Source: Prochlorococcaceae cyanobacterium (GTDB lineage Bacteria; Cyanobacteriota; Cyanobacteriia; PCC-6307; Cyanobiaceae). From it: 64,000 bases of DNA. The notes under the pieces were generated by a model. It ran no database searches, had not been told where the DNA came from, and saw nothing but the letters and a program-made list of their open reading frames with translations. The DNA lies in NCBI GenBank assembly GCA_046484965.1, contig JAWOHV010000198.1, positions 2,156-66,155 on the forward strand, in the 5' to 3' direction. The translations under genes and the position numbers were made by a program. Positions 1 through 11,647 of this stretch are shown in pieces (positions within the stretch are counted from its first letter, which is position 1; every line of letters begins with the position of its first letter).

Positions 1-2532
<2,532 letters not shown>

Positions 2533-2578
2533 CCGGCCGGCTCGGGAACGGTGAATTCTATGGGCGACAAGCGGCGAG

Positions 2579-3487
2579 CTATGGAAAGTTGAGCTGCGGC
2601 AAGGCCTGAAGGCAGAGCTGCTCGCTCACCTCCCAGAGGCGTTTGCCCTGGGCGGGATCGAGGGCGGCGGGGGCGATGCGGGCGGGGGCCGGCCAACCGT
2701 TCATGCCGCCGAAGCGGCTGGGGCCGTAGTGGCCAGCGGGCTCAGCCTCTGTTGCGGTTGCAGCAAACAGCTGCGGCAGGGCACCCATCGCAGCGCTCTG
2801 GAGGAGGGGGTCCAGCAGCCGATAGGCCAGGCCCTCGAGCCGGGAACCGCTGGCCGCCACCGAGGCGGGCTGCAGATTGGTGCGGGCCAGGCCGGGATGG
2901 GCCGCCAGCGAAAGCACCGCACTGCCCGCTTCGCTGAGCCGGCGCTGCAGCTCCAGCGCAAAGGCCACGTTGGCCAGCTTGCTCTGGCCGTAGGCCGCCC
3001 AGCGGTCGTAACGGCGCTCAGCGTTGAGGTCGTCGAAGGCGAAGCGGCCGAAATACTGGGCCCCGGAGGTGACATGCACCACCCGGGCGCCGGGCTGGCC
3101 CTCCAGCAGCGGCAGCAGCAGGCGGGTGAGGGCGTAGTGGGCGAGATGGTTGACACCAAACTGCAGCTCAAAGCCCTGGCGTGTGCGCAGCGGCGGCGGT
3201 GCCATCACGCCCGCATTGGCGATCAGCAAATCCAAACGGCCATAACGCTGCTGCACCCACTCGGCCGCCGCACGCACACTCTCCAGATCGGCCAGATCCA
3301 GCTCCAGCAGATCCAAGCCGCCGGTGCTCTCGGGCAACAGCTGCTCCCGGGCCGCGGCCGCCCGAGCCAGCGACCGGCAGGCCAGCAGCACGGTGGCGCC
3401 ATGAGCGGCGAGGGCTCGGGCCGTCTCCAGCCCCAGGCCGCTGTTGGCACCTGTGACCAGGGCCACACGGCCGCCCTGCTGCGGCAT
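2579..3487 (-). CDS. Short-chain dehydrogenase/reductase (SDR) family oxidoreductase
   Basis: Track ORF 2579..3571. It carries a Rossmann motif GRVALVTGANSGLGLETARAL and YGQSKLAN (the YxxxK catalytic motif). The likely start is the internal ATG at 3487 (MPQQGGRVALVTG). Confidence 0.8.
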   Translation of the reverse strand: MPQQGGRVALVTGANSGLGLETARALAAHGATVLLACRSLARAAAAREQLLPESTGGLDLLELDLADLESVRAAAEWVQQRYGRLDLLIANAGVMAPPPLRTRQGFELQFGVNHLAHYALTRLLLPLLEGQPGARVVHVTSGAQYFGRFAFDDLNAERRYDRWAAYGQSKLANVAFALELQRRLSEAGSAVLSLAAHPGLARTNLQPASVAASGSRLEGLAYRLLDPLLQSAAMGALPQLFAATATEAEPAGHYGPSRFGGMNGWPAPARIAPAALDPAQGKRLWEVSEQLCLQALPQLNFP

Positions 3488-3610
3488 GGCTGCCGTCGTC
3501 CAACGCTGGGGGAAGGAGGGATTCACAGCCACTACTTCAGGAGGCTGAAGATAAACATTGAGGTCATGCAAAAACAGTGGCTGAGATCATCGAGGGGCGG
3601 CGGCCCGGGC

Positions 3611-5290
3611 TCAGGCCACCCGTTTCAGGAGGCTGGCGGCGTAGCTGCGGGCAGCGCCGGTGTCGCCGCCGGCCAATTCCACCAACTCCGCCTGGCGGGC
3701 CTGAGTGTCCCGCAGTTGGGACACTCGCGTGTGGGTGAGGCCGTCCTGCACCTCCTTGGCCACGCGGAAGTGGTGGTCGGCGGCCGCGGCCACCAGGGGC
3801 TGGTGGGTCACGCAGAACACCTGGCGCTGGCCCGCCAGGCGGCGCAGCAGCTCGGCCATGGCGCCACTGACCCGACCGCTGACGCCGGCATCGATCTCAT
3901 CGAACAGCAGCGTTACATGGGGATCCGCAGCAGCCAGGCACGTTTTCAGGGCCAGCAGAAAGCGACTCATCTCACCGCCTGAGGCCACCTCCAGCAGCGG
4001 CGCCAACGGCTGGCCGGGGTTGGCAGAAAACAGAAACTGCACCGCATCGGCCCCCTCCTCGCCGGCGCTGGCCGGCTCGATCGCCACGGCGAAGCGCACG
4101 TTGGCCAGGCCCATCGGCCGCAGGGCCTGCATCAGCTGCTGCTCCAGCTCCGCAGCGGCAGCGCCACGGGCGGCAGAAAGCATGCCATTGGCCCGGTCAC
4201 GGGCGGCGCGGGCGGCAATTTCGGCAGCCTCAAGGCTCTCAAGGCTCGCCTCAGCGCCACCGGGTGCAAGCTGTTGGCGCAGCTGATCGCGCCAGCTGAT
4301 CAGCTCGGCCAGATCCTTGCCATGGCGCCGCTCCAACGCCTTGAGCTGGGCGATGCGCTGCTGCAGCTGGGCCAGATTCTCAGGATCACTCTCCAGCGAA
4401 GAGCCGTAGCGATCGAGCTCGCGGGCCAGGTCTTGCAGCTGGGCCAGTCCATCGCTGCAACTGCCAACCAAATCTGCCAGCAAGGGATCCAGCTGCTGCA
4501 TCTGGGCCAGCTCCGCCTCGCAGGCGGCCAGGTGATCCAGCACCGACGGCGCCCCCTCGGCACCCTCCAGCAGCCGGCCGAGGAGCAGCATCACCCCCTC
4601 CTGCAGCCGCACCCCATGGGCCAGGCGATTTTCCTCCAGTTGCAGCTGCTGGCGCTCATGGGGATCGTCAAGACCGGCCTCCTCCAGGTCGTGGAGCAGC
4701 TGTTCCTGGCGCTGCCGTTCCCGCTGCAGCTGCTGCCAGTTGCTGCGTGCCGTCTCGAGGCTGGCGGCGGCCTGCCGCCAGCGGCTATGGGCCTCCTTAA
4801 CAGGCTCAAGCAGGGCCAGCACGGGGCCAGAGCCGAAGCGATCGAGCCAGCGGCGCTGCTGGCCGGGACGGGCCAGCTGCTGGGTCTGGCCCTGAACGGT
4901 TAAATCCAGCAGCAGCGGCCTCAAGGCCTGGATCTGGGAGCGGTTAACGGCCACGCCGTTGAGGCGGTGGCGGCTGCTGAGCCTGCCCTCAAGCAGCCGC
5001 CACTCACGGCTGAGCAGCAACTCTTCCTCATCGGGCTCGAAGGCCTCGGCCTCCAACCAGCCCTGCAGCGGCGGCGTGAGGCTGAAACGGGCCTCGATCA
5101 GCCCCCGCGAGGCGCCCTGACGCAACAGGCGGTTGCCGGCCTGGGCACCGCCCAGCAGGGCATCGAGGGCATCGAGCAGGATCGACTTACCAGCCCCTGT
5201 TTCACCGGTGAGCACCGTGAAGCCTTGGCTGAAGGCCAGCTCCAGCTGCTCAATCAGGGCGATGTTTTCAAGCCGAAGCCCCGTGAGCAC
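3611..5290 (-). CDS. recN: DNA repair protein RecN
   Basis: 559 aa. The N-terminus is MLTGLRLENIALIEQLELAFSQGFTVLTGETGAGKSILLDALDALLG (Walker A). A long coiled-coil middle section follows, and the C-terminus has ASGGEMSRFLLALK and LLFDEIDAGVSG (SMC signature and Walker B). Confidence 0.93.
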   Translation of the reverse strand: MLTGLRLENIALIEQLELAFSQGFTVLTGETGAGKSILLDALDALLGGAQAGNRLLRQGASRGLIEARFSLTPPLQGWLEAEAFEPDEEELLLSREWRLLEGRLSSRHRLNGVAVNRSQIQALRPLLLDLTVQGQTQQLARPGQQRRWLDRFGSGPVLALLEPVKEAHSRWRQAAASLETARSNWQQLQRERQRQEQLLHDLEEAGLDDPHERQQLQLEENRLAHGVRLQEGVMLLLGRLLEGAEGAPSVLDHLAACEAELAQMQQLDPLLADLVGSCSDGLAQLQDLARELDRYGSSLESDPENLAQLQQRIAQLKALERRHGKDLAELISWRDQLRQQLAPGGAEASLESLEAAEIAARAARDRANGMLSAARGAAAAELEQQLMQALRPMGLANVRFAVAIEPASAGEEGADAVQFLFSANPGQPLAPLLEVASGGEMSRFLLALKTCLAAADPHVTLLFDEIDAGVSGRVSGAMAELLRRLAGQRQVFCVTHQPLVAAAADHHFRVAKEVQDGLTHTRVSQLRDTQARQAELVELAGGDTGAARSYAASLLKRVA

Positions 5291-5389
5291 GCCAGCCTCC
5301 TGGGGGAGTGGGTCAATGGCACTGAACGTAGCGAGGGTCGGTTTCGTTTAGAAGGGGATTCTTAAAGTTCGATCCACCCAACCCCTGCC

Positions 5390-7438
5390 ATGGCTCGCAC
5401 CCCTGCTGAAGCTGCGGTCGCGCACCTGAGGGTTGCCGTGCTGGGCGAAAAGGCCCTCGAAGACGGCGCAGATGGGGCGAGCGAAGCAAAGCTCGCCGCC
5501 AGCAATCCCGAAGGCCCGCCCCTGGCCGCAGCCGGCAGCAGCGAAGAACTGAGTGACTTCATCGAGGCGGCCGGCCTGCTGAGGTACGACCCGGAGGCAA
5601 TCAGCCGCATCTACGCCGGCCATCCCCAGAGGCTGCTGAAACGCCTCTGGCAGACCCTGGTGCCGATCGGGCTCTTCCTGATTGGGGTGGGCTTCGACCG
5701 GCTGATGCAGCGCCTCTCCAATCCGGAACATGCCCGCCTGCGCGCCAAGGAAGCGGCCGACCTGGTGGCCTCGCTCGGCCCCGCCTTCATCAAGGCCGGC
5801 CAGGCCCTCTCCACCAGACCGGACATCATTCCGCCGGTGCTGCTCGAAGAGCTGGCCCAGCTCCAGGACCAGCTGCCCGGCTTCGATTCATCGCTGGCGA
5901 TGGCCTGCATCGTGGAAGACCTGGGCGCGCCGTTGAGCGAGATCTTCGAGCAGCTCGACCACGAACCGATCTCGGCCGCCTCGCTCGGCCAGGTGCACAA
6001 GGGTGTGCTCAAAGGGGGCGAAAAGGTGGCCGTGAAAGTGCAGCGGCCTGGCCTGCGCGAGCAGATCACCCTCGATCTCTACATCGTGCGCAACATCGCC
6101 GACTGGCTCAACCGCCACGTAGGCCTGATCCGCTCCGACCTGGTGGCCCTGATCGATGAGCTGGGCCAGCGGGTGTTCGAGGAGATGGACTACTACAACG
6201 AAGCCGACAATGCCGAGCGCTTCGCCCAGCTGCACAGGCACAACCCCCGCATCGCCGTGCCGCGCATCTACCGCGATGCCACCAGCCGACGCGTGCTCAC
6301 GATGGAGTGGATCGAGGGGGTGAAGCTCACCAACCTCGATGCGGTGCGCGAGCTGGGCATCGATCCCGACGAGCTGGTGCAGGTGGGCGTGAACTGCAGC
6401 CTGCAACAACTGCTGGAGCACGGCTTCTTCCACGCCGATCCCCACCCGGGCAACCTGCTGGCCCTGCCCGATGGCCGCCTGGCCTACCTCGATTTCGGCA
6501 TGATGAGCACGGTGAGCCGCGAGAGCCGCACCGGGTTGATCCAGGCGGTGGTTCACCTGGTGAACCGCAACTTCAGCAAGCTCTCCAACGACTTCGTGAG
6601 CCTGGGCTTCCTGGCAGAGGACGTGAACCTTGAGCCGATCGTGCCGGCCTTCGAGAGCGTGTTCGGCCAGGCCCTGGAGATGGGCGTCAGCCGCATGGAT
6701 TTCAAGGCCGTCACCGACGACCTCAGCGGTGTGATGTATCGCTTCCCCTTCCGGGTGCCGCCCTATTACGCCCTGATCATCCGTTCACTGGTAACGCTCG
6801 AGGGCATCGCCCTCACCGTGGATCCCGACTTCAAGATCCTGGGCGCCGCCTATCCCTACTTCGCCCGGCGGCTGATGGAGGATCCCGATCCCAGCCTGCG
6901 CCAGAGCCTGAAGGAGATGCTCTTCGATGGCGAGGTATTCCGCTGGCAGCGGCTCGAAAACCTGATCGGCAGTGCCTCCCTGCAGCAGGAACTCGACCTG
7001 GAGGGATTGCTCGACCAGGTGCTCGATTTTCTGTTCTCGGCCACCGGCGGCCTGCTGCGGGGCCAACTTGTGCAGACCCTGGTGGAGCGCATGGATGCGA
7101 TTGCGTGGCAAACCACCCTGCGCCTGGGCAAGCGACTGCCGGCACGGCTGCAACCGCCGGGAATCAGGCTGCGGTATGCCGAACCCCAGGCCACGCCCCT
7201 GCTCGACCTCGAACCGATCCGCCAGTTGCTGCTGATCCTGCAGGCCCTGCCGGGATTTGAAGCCAAGATGCTGCTGCGGCGGTTGCCGCGGCTTCTCAAC
7301 GAGCCGGAACTGCGCAGCATGGGCAGCACCCTGGCCCGGGGTCTGGCAGAACGAGGCATGGTGAGGCTGCTGCGCGACGTCTTGGTGCCGCCCTCAAGGC
7401 TGGGGATACCGGCCGGGGTATCGATGCAGGGCTTATAA
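5390..7438 (+). CDS. ABC1/UbiB-family atypical kinase
   Basis: 682 aa with FIKAGQALSTRPDIIPPVLLEELAQLQDQLP, ISAASLGQVHKGVL...VAVKVQRPG and FFHADPHPGNLL...YLDFGMM, which are typical ABC1/AarF motifs. The start codon is not verified. Confidence 0.85.
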   Translation: MARTPAEAAVAHLRVAVLGEKALEDGADGASEAKLAASNPEGPPLAAAGSSEELSDFIEAAGLLRYDPEAISRIYAGHPQRLLKRLWQTLVPIGLFLIGVGFDRLMQRLSNPEHARLRAKEAADLVASLGPAFIKAGQALSTRPDIIPPVLLEELAQLQDQLPGFDSSLAMACIVEDLGAPLSEIFEQLDHEPISAASLGQVHKGVLKGGEKVAVKVQRPGLREQITLDLYIVRNIADWLNRHVGLIRSDLVALIDELGQRVFEEMDYYNEADNAERFAQLHRHNPRIAVPRIYRDATSRRVLTMEWIEGVKLTNLDAVRELGIDPDELVQVGVNCSLQQLLEHGFFHADPHPGNLLALPDGRLAYLDFGMMSTVSRESRTGLIQAVVHLVNRNFSKLSNDFVSLGFLAEDVNLEPIVPAFESVFGQALEMGVSRMDFKAVTDDLSGVMYRFPFRVPPYYALIIRSLVTLEGIALTVDPDFKILGAAYPYFARRLMEDPDPSLRQSLKEMLFDGEVFRWQRLENLIGSASLQQELDLEGLLDQVLDFLFSATGGLLRGQLVQTLVERMDAIAWQTTLRLGKRLPARLQPPGIRLRYAEPQATPLLDLEPIRQLLLILQALPGFEAKMLLRRLPRLLNEPELRSMGSTLARGLAERGMVRLLRDVLVPPSRLGIPAGVSMQGL

Positions 7439-7469
7439 AGTTCAAAAATCCGTTGTTGCTACTCCCCTG

Positions 7470-8039
7470 ATGGCCAAGCGCATTCGGCTGATCGCCGGCC
7501 TGCTGGGGCTCGGGCTGATCAACTCCACCCCGGCTGTGCAGGCAGCCGAAAACGTGGTCTTCGTGAGCGGCGCCTTCCGCCGCTCGATCCCTGTGGCCGA
7601 TCTTGAGCATCTGGCCGTCACCGGCCAGGCCCGCGGTCTGCTGGGCGACGTCCTCAAGCTGAGCAGGCAGCCCCCCAAGGAGCTGGCCGGCATGCTCAAC
7701 CAATCGATCAGCCTGCCGATCGTGATGGTGAGCAGGTTGCTGAGCACCCGCATCGGCGAAGCGATCCTGGAGCGGATCGCGCGCATCGTGTATCCCCTCA
7801 ACACCACAGGCCTCGGAGTGCCCGCCCTGCGCTCGGGCGTGCTGGTGGGCATCGATGAGGGCGAGGGCAACCTCTCGGCGATTGGCTTCCTCAAGGCCTA
7901 CCCCAACAACAACATGGAGGTGAGCATCCCCGCCCTGATGGCTGTGATGAGCAAGGCCAGCTCGATCAATGATCTGGTTCGCTTCTTCTCCGAATCACCG
8001 CTCGACGGGCTGCGGGGCGCCACCAGCGCCGAGCCGTAG
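7470..8039 (+). CDS. Secreted hypothetical protein (resembles the cyanobacterial DUF1400 family, from memory)
   Basis: 189 aa with a signal-like N-terminus, MAKRIRLIAGLLGLGLINSTPAVQA. It sits between the ABC1 kinase and thrC as in related genomes. The family name is recalled, not tested. Confidence 0.55.
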   Translation: MAKRIRLIAGLLGLGLINSTPAVQAAENVVFVSGAFRRSIPVADLEHLAVTGQARGLLGDVLKLSRQPPKELAGMLNQSISLPIVMVSRLLSTRIGEAILERIARIVYPLNTTGLGVPALRSGVLVGIDEGEGNLSAIGFLKAYPNNNMEVSIPALMAVMSKASSINDLVRFFSESPLDGLRGATSAEP

Positions 8040-8145
8040 ATTCGCCTCAGACTGACCGGTTCCTGTGCCCCTGCTCGATTCCCTGCGGCGCCTGGGCCAG
8101 GGCGCCGGTCTGTTCTCCGGCCCCTTTATTGGCGCCGGCGCCACG

Positions 8146-9204
8146 ATGCAGAACTGGCCAGGCCTGATCGAGGCCTACCGCAGCTGGTTGCCGGTGACGG
8201 CAGCCACCCCCGTGATCAGCCTGCGGGAAGGTGCAACCCCCCTGATTGCGGCGCCGGTGATTTCCGAGCGCATCGGCCGGGGCGTGAAGGTGTTCCTCAA
8301 GTACGACGGCCTCAACCCCACCGGCTCCTTCAAGGACCGGGGCATGACGATGGCCATCAGCAAGGCCAAGGAGGCTGGCTCCGAAGCCGTGATCTGCGCC
8401 AGCACCGGCAACACCTCGGCGGCGGCGGCGGCTTACGCCCGCCGCGGTGGCATGCGGGCCTTTGTGCTGATTCCCGACGGCTACGTGGCCCAGGGCAAGT
8501 TGGCCCAGGCCCTGCTCTATGGCGCCGAGGTGCTGGCGATCCAGGGCAACTTCGACCGGGCCCTGGCGATCGTGCAGGACGTGGCCAACCGATACCCGAT
8601 CACGCTGGTGAACTCGGTGAACCCCTACCGGCTTCAGGGGCAGAAAACAGCCGCCTTCGAAGTGGTGGATGCCCTCGGGGAGGCACCGGAGTGGCTCTGC
8701 ATTCCCGTGGGCAATGCCGGCAACATCACCGCCTACTGGATGGGCTTCAACGAATACCGCCAGGCGGGCCGCTGCCGCACACTGCCGAAAATGATGGGCT
8801 TTCAGGCGGCCGGCTCGGCACCGCTGGTGCTGGGCCACACGGTGGAGCAGCCCGACACGATCGCCACCGCCATCCGGATCGGCAACCCGGTGAACCGCGA
8901 CAACGCCCTGCGGGTGCGCCAGGAAAGCGGTGGCTCCTTCATGGCCGTTACCGATGCCGAGATCATTGAGGCCTACAAGCTGCTGGGCTCAAGCGAAGGG
9001 GTGTTCTGCGAGCCAGCCAGTGCCGCCTCGGTGGCGGGCCTGCTCAAGCGCCGCGAGGAGGTTCCCGCCGGCGCCACGGTGGTCTGCGTGCTCACTGGAA
9101 ACGGGCTCAAGGACCCTGCCACTGCAATCGAAAACAACGACTCCAAGTTCCACACGGGTCTGGCGCCGGATACGGACGAAGTGGCACGCGTGATGGGCTT
9201 CTGA
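8146..9204 (+). CDS. thrC: Threonine synthase
   Basis: Track ORF 8065..9204. It has the PLP-lysine region NPTGSFKDRGMT and the family-typical N-terminus MQNWPGLIEAYRSWLPVT, which begins at the ATG at 8146. The upstream GTG at 8065 is probably an over-extension. Confidence 0.92.
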   Translation: MQNWPGLIEAYRSWLPVTAATPVISLREGATPLIAAPVISERIGRGVKVFLKYDGLNPTGSFKDRGMTMAISKAKEAGSEAVICASTGNTSAAAAAYARRGGMRAFVLIPDGYVAQGKLAQALLYGAEVLAIQGNFDRALAIVQDVANRYPITLVNSVNPYRLQGQKTAAFEVVDALGEAPEWLCIPVGNAGNITAYWMGFNEYRQAGRCRTLPKMMGFQAAGSAPLVLGHTVEQPDTIATAIRIGNPVNRDNALRVRQESGGSFMAVTDAEIIEAYKLLGSSEGVFCEPASAASVAGLLKRREEVPAGATVVCVLTGNGLKDPATAIENNDSKFHTGLAPDTDEVARVMGF

Positions 9205-9610
9205 ACCCGGAACGGCCGGTAGCCGCTCAGCAAACCGACCGTGGGCAACCTGGGAGTTACAGGGGCACCACCGGGGAAAACCCTGCAGCCCCAGACCGCC
9301 CCCACGGCGGCCAGCCCATCAGCGGCCTTCCCACAGGGGGTGGACATTGCGGAATTGGGGATTGAGCGCCCCTTTTTCGATCCCTCCTCCCAAGGGCTGT
9401 GCAGTACAGATCCCTTGAGGTGCCATGGATCTGAGTTGTTTTCCTGGGTTTCCCCAGCCCCTATGACTACGATTAGTTTTGGTTTAATCAGATCTTGATC
9501 CTTTTAGAGCTAGAGCACGGGAATCCGAGTCCAAGCGCCGTTGCGCATCGCTGGCCGGTGTGGAAGCTTGGGGGCGCCTTTGCGCTGGACAGCGCCCCGC
9601 AGGTAACCCG
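9205..9610. other. Putative chromosomal replication origin region (thrC-dnaN gap)
   Basis: A 406-bp non-coding gap lies directly upstream of dnaN. It contains an AT-rich patch at about 9440-9520 with GATC sites. There are several 7/9 matches to TTTTCCACA/TGTGGAAAA (9272-9280, 9327-9335, 9448-9456, 9559-9567) but no perfect DnaA box. Confidence 0.35.
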
Positions 9611-10768
9611 ATGAAGCTGGTCTGCTCCCAGGCCGAACTCAGCGCCAGCCTTCAGCTGGTCAGCCGTGCGGTGGCAGGTCGTCCCACCCATCCGGTGCTG
9701 GCCAACGTGCTGCTCACGGCCGATGCCGGCACCGGCCGTCTCAGCCTCACGGGCTTTGATCTGAGCCTCGGCATCCAAACCAGCCTGCCGGCAGCCGTTG
9801 AGACCAGCGGCGCCATCACCCTGCCTTCGCGCCTGTTCGGCGAAATTGTGTCGCGGCTTTCGGCCGATAGCCCGATCACCCTCTCCTGCCCGGAAGGGGA
9901 CGAGCAGGTCGAGCTCACCAGCATTTCCGGTTCTTACCAGATGCGGGGCATGCCTGCCGATGATTTCCCGGATTTGCCGCTGGTGCAGAGCGGTGCCCCG
10001 ATTCGGCTCGAGGCGGAGGCCCTGATCAAGGGGCTGCGGGCCACCCTCTTCGCCAGCAGTTCCGACGAGGCCAAGCAGCTGCTCACGGGGGTGCACCTGG
10101 CCCTGGAGGAGCAGGGCCTGGAATGTGCGGCCACCGATGGCCATCGCCTGGCCGTGCTGCGCCTCGAGGACGCCCGCTCCGCCGATGGCGAACCGGCCGA
10201 TGGCGAACCCTTCGCGGTGACCGTGCCGGCCCGCTCGCTGCGGGAGCTGGAGCGATTGCTCACGGCCCGCCAGTCTGCTGAGCCGGTGAGCCTGTTCTGT
10301 GAGCGCGGCCAGGTGGTGTTCCTCTGGGCCGACCAGGTGCTCACCAGCCGCAGCCTCGATGGCACCTACCCCAACTACCGCCAGTTGATCCCGGAGAGCT
10401 TCAACCGCAGGATCGGCATCGATCGCCGCGGCTTCGTTGCCGCTCTCGAGCGGGTGGCTGTGCTGGCGGATCAGCACAACAACGTGGTGAAGATCAGCAC
10501 CGACAGTGCCACCGGCATGGTGCACATCCGCGCCGACGCCCAGGACGTGGGCAGCGGTTCAGAGGCCCTGGCCGCCGAGCTCAGCGGCGAGGAGATCGAA
10601 ATCGCTTTCAACGTGCGCTATGTGCTCGAGGGCCTCAAGGCGATGGCCTCCGATCGGGTGGTGCTCCAGTGCAATGCCCCCACCACCCCCGCCGTGCTGG
10701 CGCCGGTTGTGGAGGGCAGCCAGCCGGCCTTCACCTACCTGGTGATGCCGGTTCAGATCCGCAGCTGA
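9611..10768 (+). CDS. dnaN: DNA polymerase III beta sliding clamp
   Basis: MKLVCSQAELSASLQLVSRAVAGRPTHPVLANVLLTADAGTGRLSLTGFDLSLGIQT..., ending ...TYLVMPVQIRS. The start is taken at the ATG at 9611 rather than track position 9560. Confidence 0.95.
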   Translation: MKLVCSQAELSASLQLVSRAVAGRPTHPVLANVLLTADAGTGRLSLTGFDLSLGIQTSLPAAVETSGAITLPSRLFGEIVSRLSADSPITLSCPEGDEQVELTSISGSYQMRGMPADDFPDLPLVQSGAPIRLEAEALIKGLRATLFASSSDEAKQLLTGVHLALEEQGLECAATDGHRLAVLRLEDARSADGEPADGEPFAVTVPARSLRELERLLTARQSAEPVSLFCERGQVVFLWADQVLTSRSLDGTYPNYRQLIPESFNRRIGIDRRGFVAALERVAVLADQHNNVVKISTDSATGMVHIRADAQDVGSGSEALAAELSGEEIEIAFNVRYVLEGLKAMASDRVVLQCNAPTTPAVLAPVVEGSQPAFTYLVMPVQIRS

Positions 10769-10772
10769 GCCG

Positions 10773-11588
10773 GTGGCGCTGCCGGAGCAGCTGCTGTTGA
10801 GCGATCTCCTGCGTAGGCGGGTGCGCTGCGACCAGGGACTTGACCATGGGGCGGGCCTGCTGGCCTGGATGCATCCGCCGGTGCACCGGCTGTTGGGCTG
10901 GGTGTGCAAGCCCTCCTCCTTTGGCAGCCGCCGTGAGGTGTGGCGGCTGGATCAGCTGCGTGGTCTGAGCGAGCTGGAGGTTCTGGTGCAGGGCGATCCA
11001 GCTGCAACCGAGCAGGCCACAGTCGAGCGGTTGCCCACCTTGATCGACGCTGCTCTGATCGGATCCGGCGGCCGCTTGCTCGGCACGATTGCGGATGCGG
11101 CCGTGGATCTACGCAGTGGCCGCATCCTCCACTACCTGGCTTCCCGCAGCGATCCGCGCCTGCCCGGCGGCAGCCGTTGGCGCCTCAGCCCCGATCGCAT
11201 CGTTGATCAGCAACCCGGCCAGGTGGTCACAGCGCTGGACAGCCTCGACGACCTACCGCTGGCGCGGGCCAGCGTGCGCCAGGAGTTCCTGCGCCGTTCC
11301 CGCCGCTGGCGTGATCAGTTTCAGCAGGCGGGGGATCGCATCGAGGAACGGGTTGAGGGCTGGCTGGAGGACCCCCCCTGGCCGGAGCGGAGCGTTGAAC
11401 GCCCCTGGCGGGATCTCGATGACACCGGCCCGCAGCCAGGGGAAGGGGATCCCTGGGATAGCTGGAATGAAGGGGATCGCCGCAATGAAGCTGATGAGAG
11501 CGATTCGCCCTCTCCGCCACGGCGGCCCCGGCGCCGCTTTGAGGATGAAGGCCCCAGTGGTGGCGGCCCAGGCGATCCCTGGGTGTAG
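10773..11588 (+). CDS. Conserved hypothetical protein, PRC-barrel-like N-terminal half with a charged low-complexity tail
   Basis: 271 aa with a GTG start 5 nt after the dnaN stop. It occupies the same slot as the conserved hypothetical gene that follows dnaN in picocyanobacteria. The tail is rich in D/E/R/P. Confidence 0.6.
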   Translation: MALPEQLLLSDLLRRRVRCDQGLDHGAGLLAWMHPPVHRLLGWVCKPSSFGSRREVWRLDQLRGLSELEVLVQGDPAATEQATVERLPTLIDAALIGSGGRLLGTIADAAVDLRSGRILHYLASRSDPRLPGGSRWRLSPDRIVDQQPGQVVTALDSLDDLPLARASVRQEFLRRSRRWRDQFQQAGDRIEERVEGWLEDPPWPERSVERPWRDLDDTGPQPGEGDPWDSWNEGDRRNEADESDSPSPPRRPRRRFEDEGPSGGGPGDPWV

Positions 11589-11647
11589 GGACCAGAGGCT
11601 GGCCATGGGCCCCCTCAGCCAAACTGAGAGGCTGCTGCGCAGCGGTT

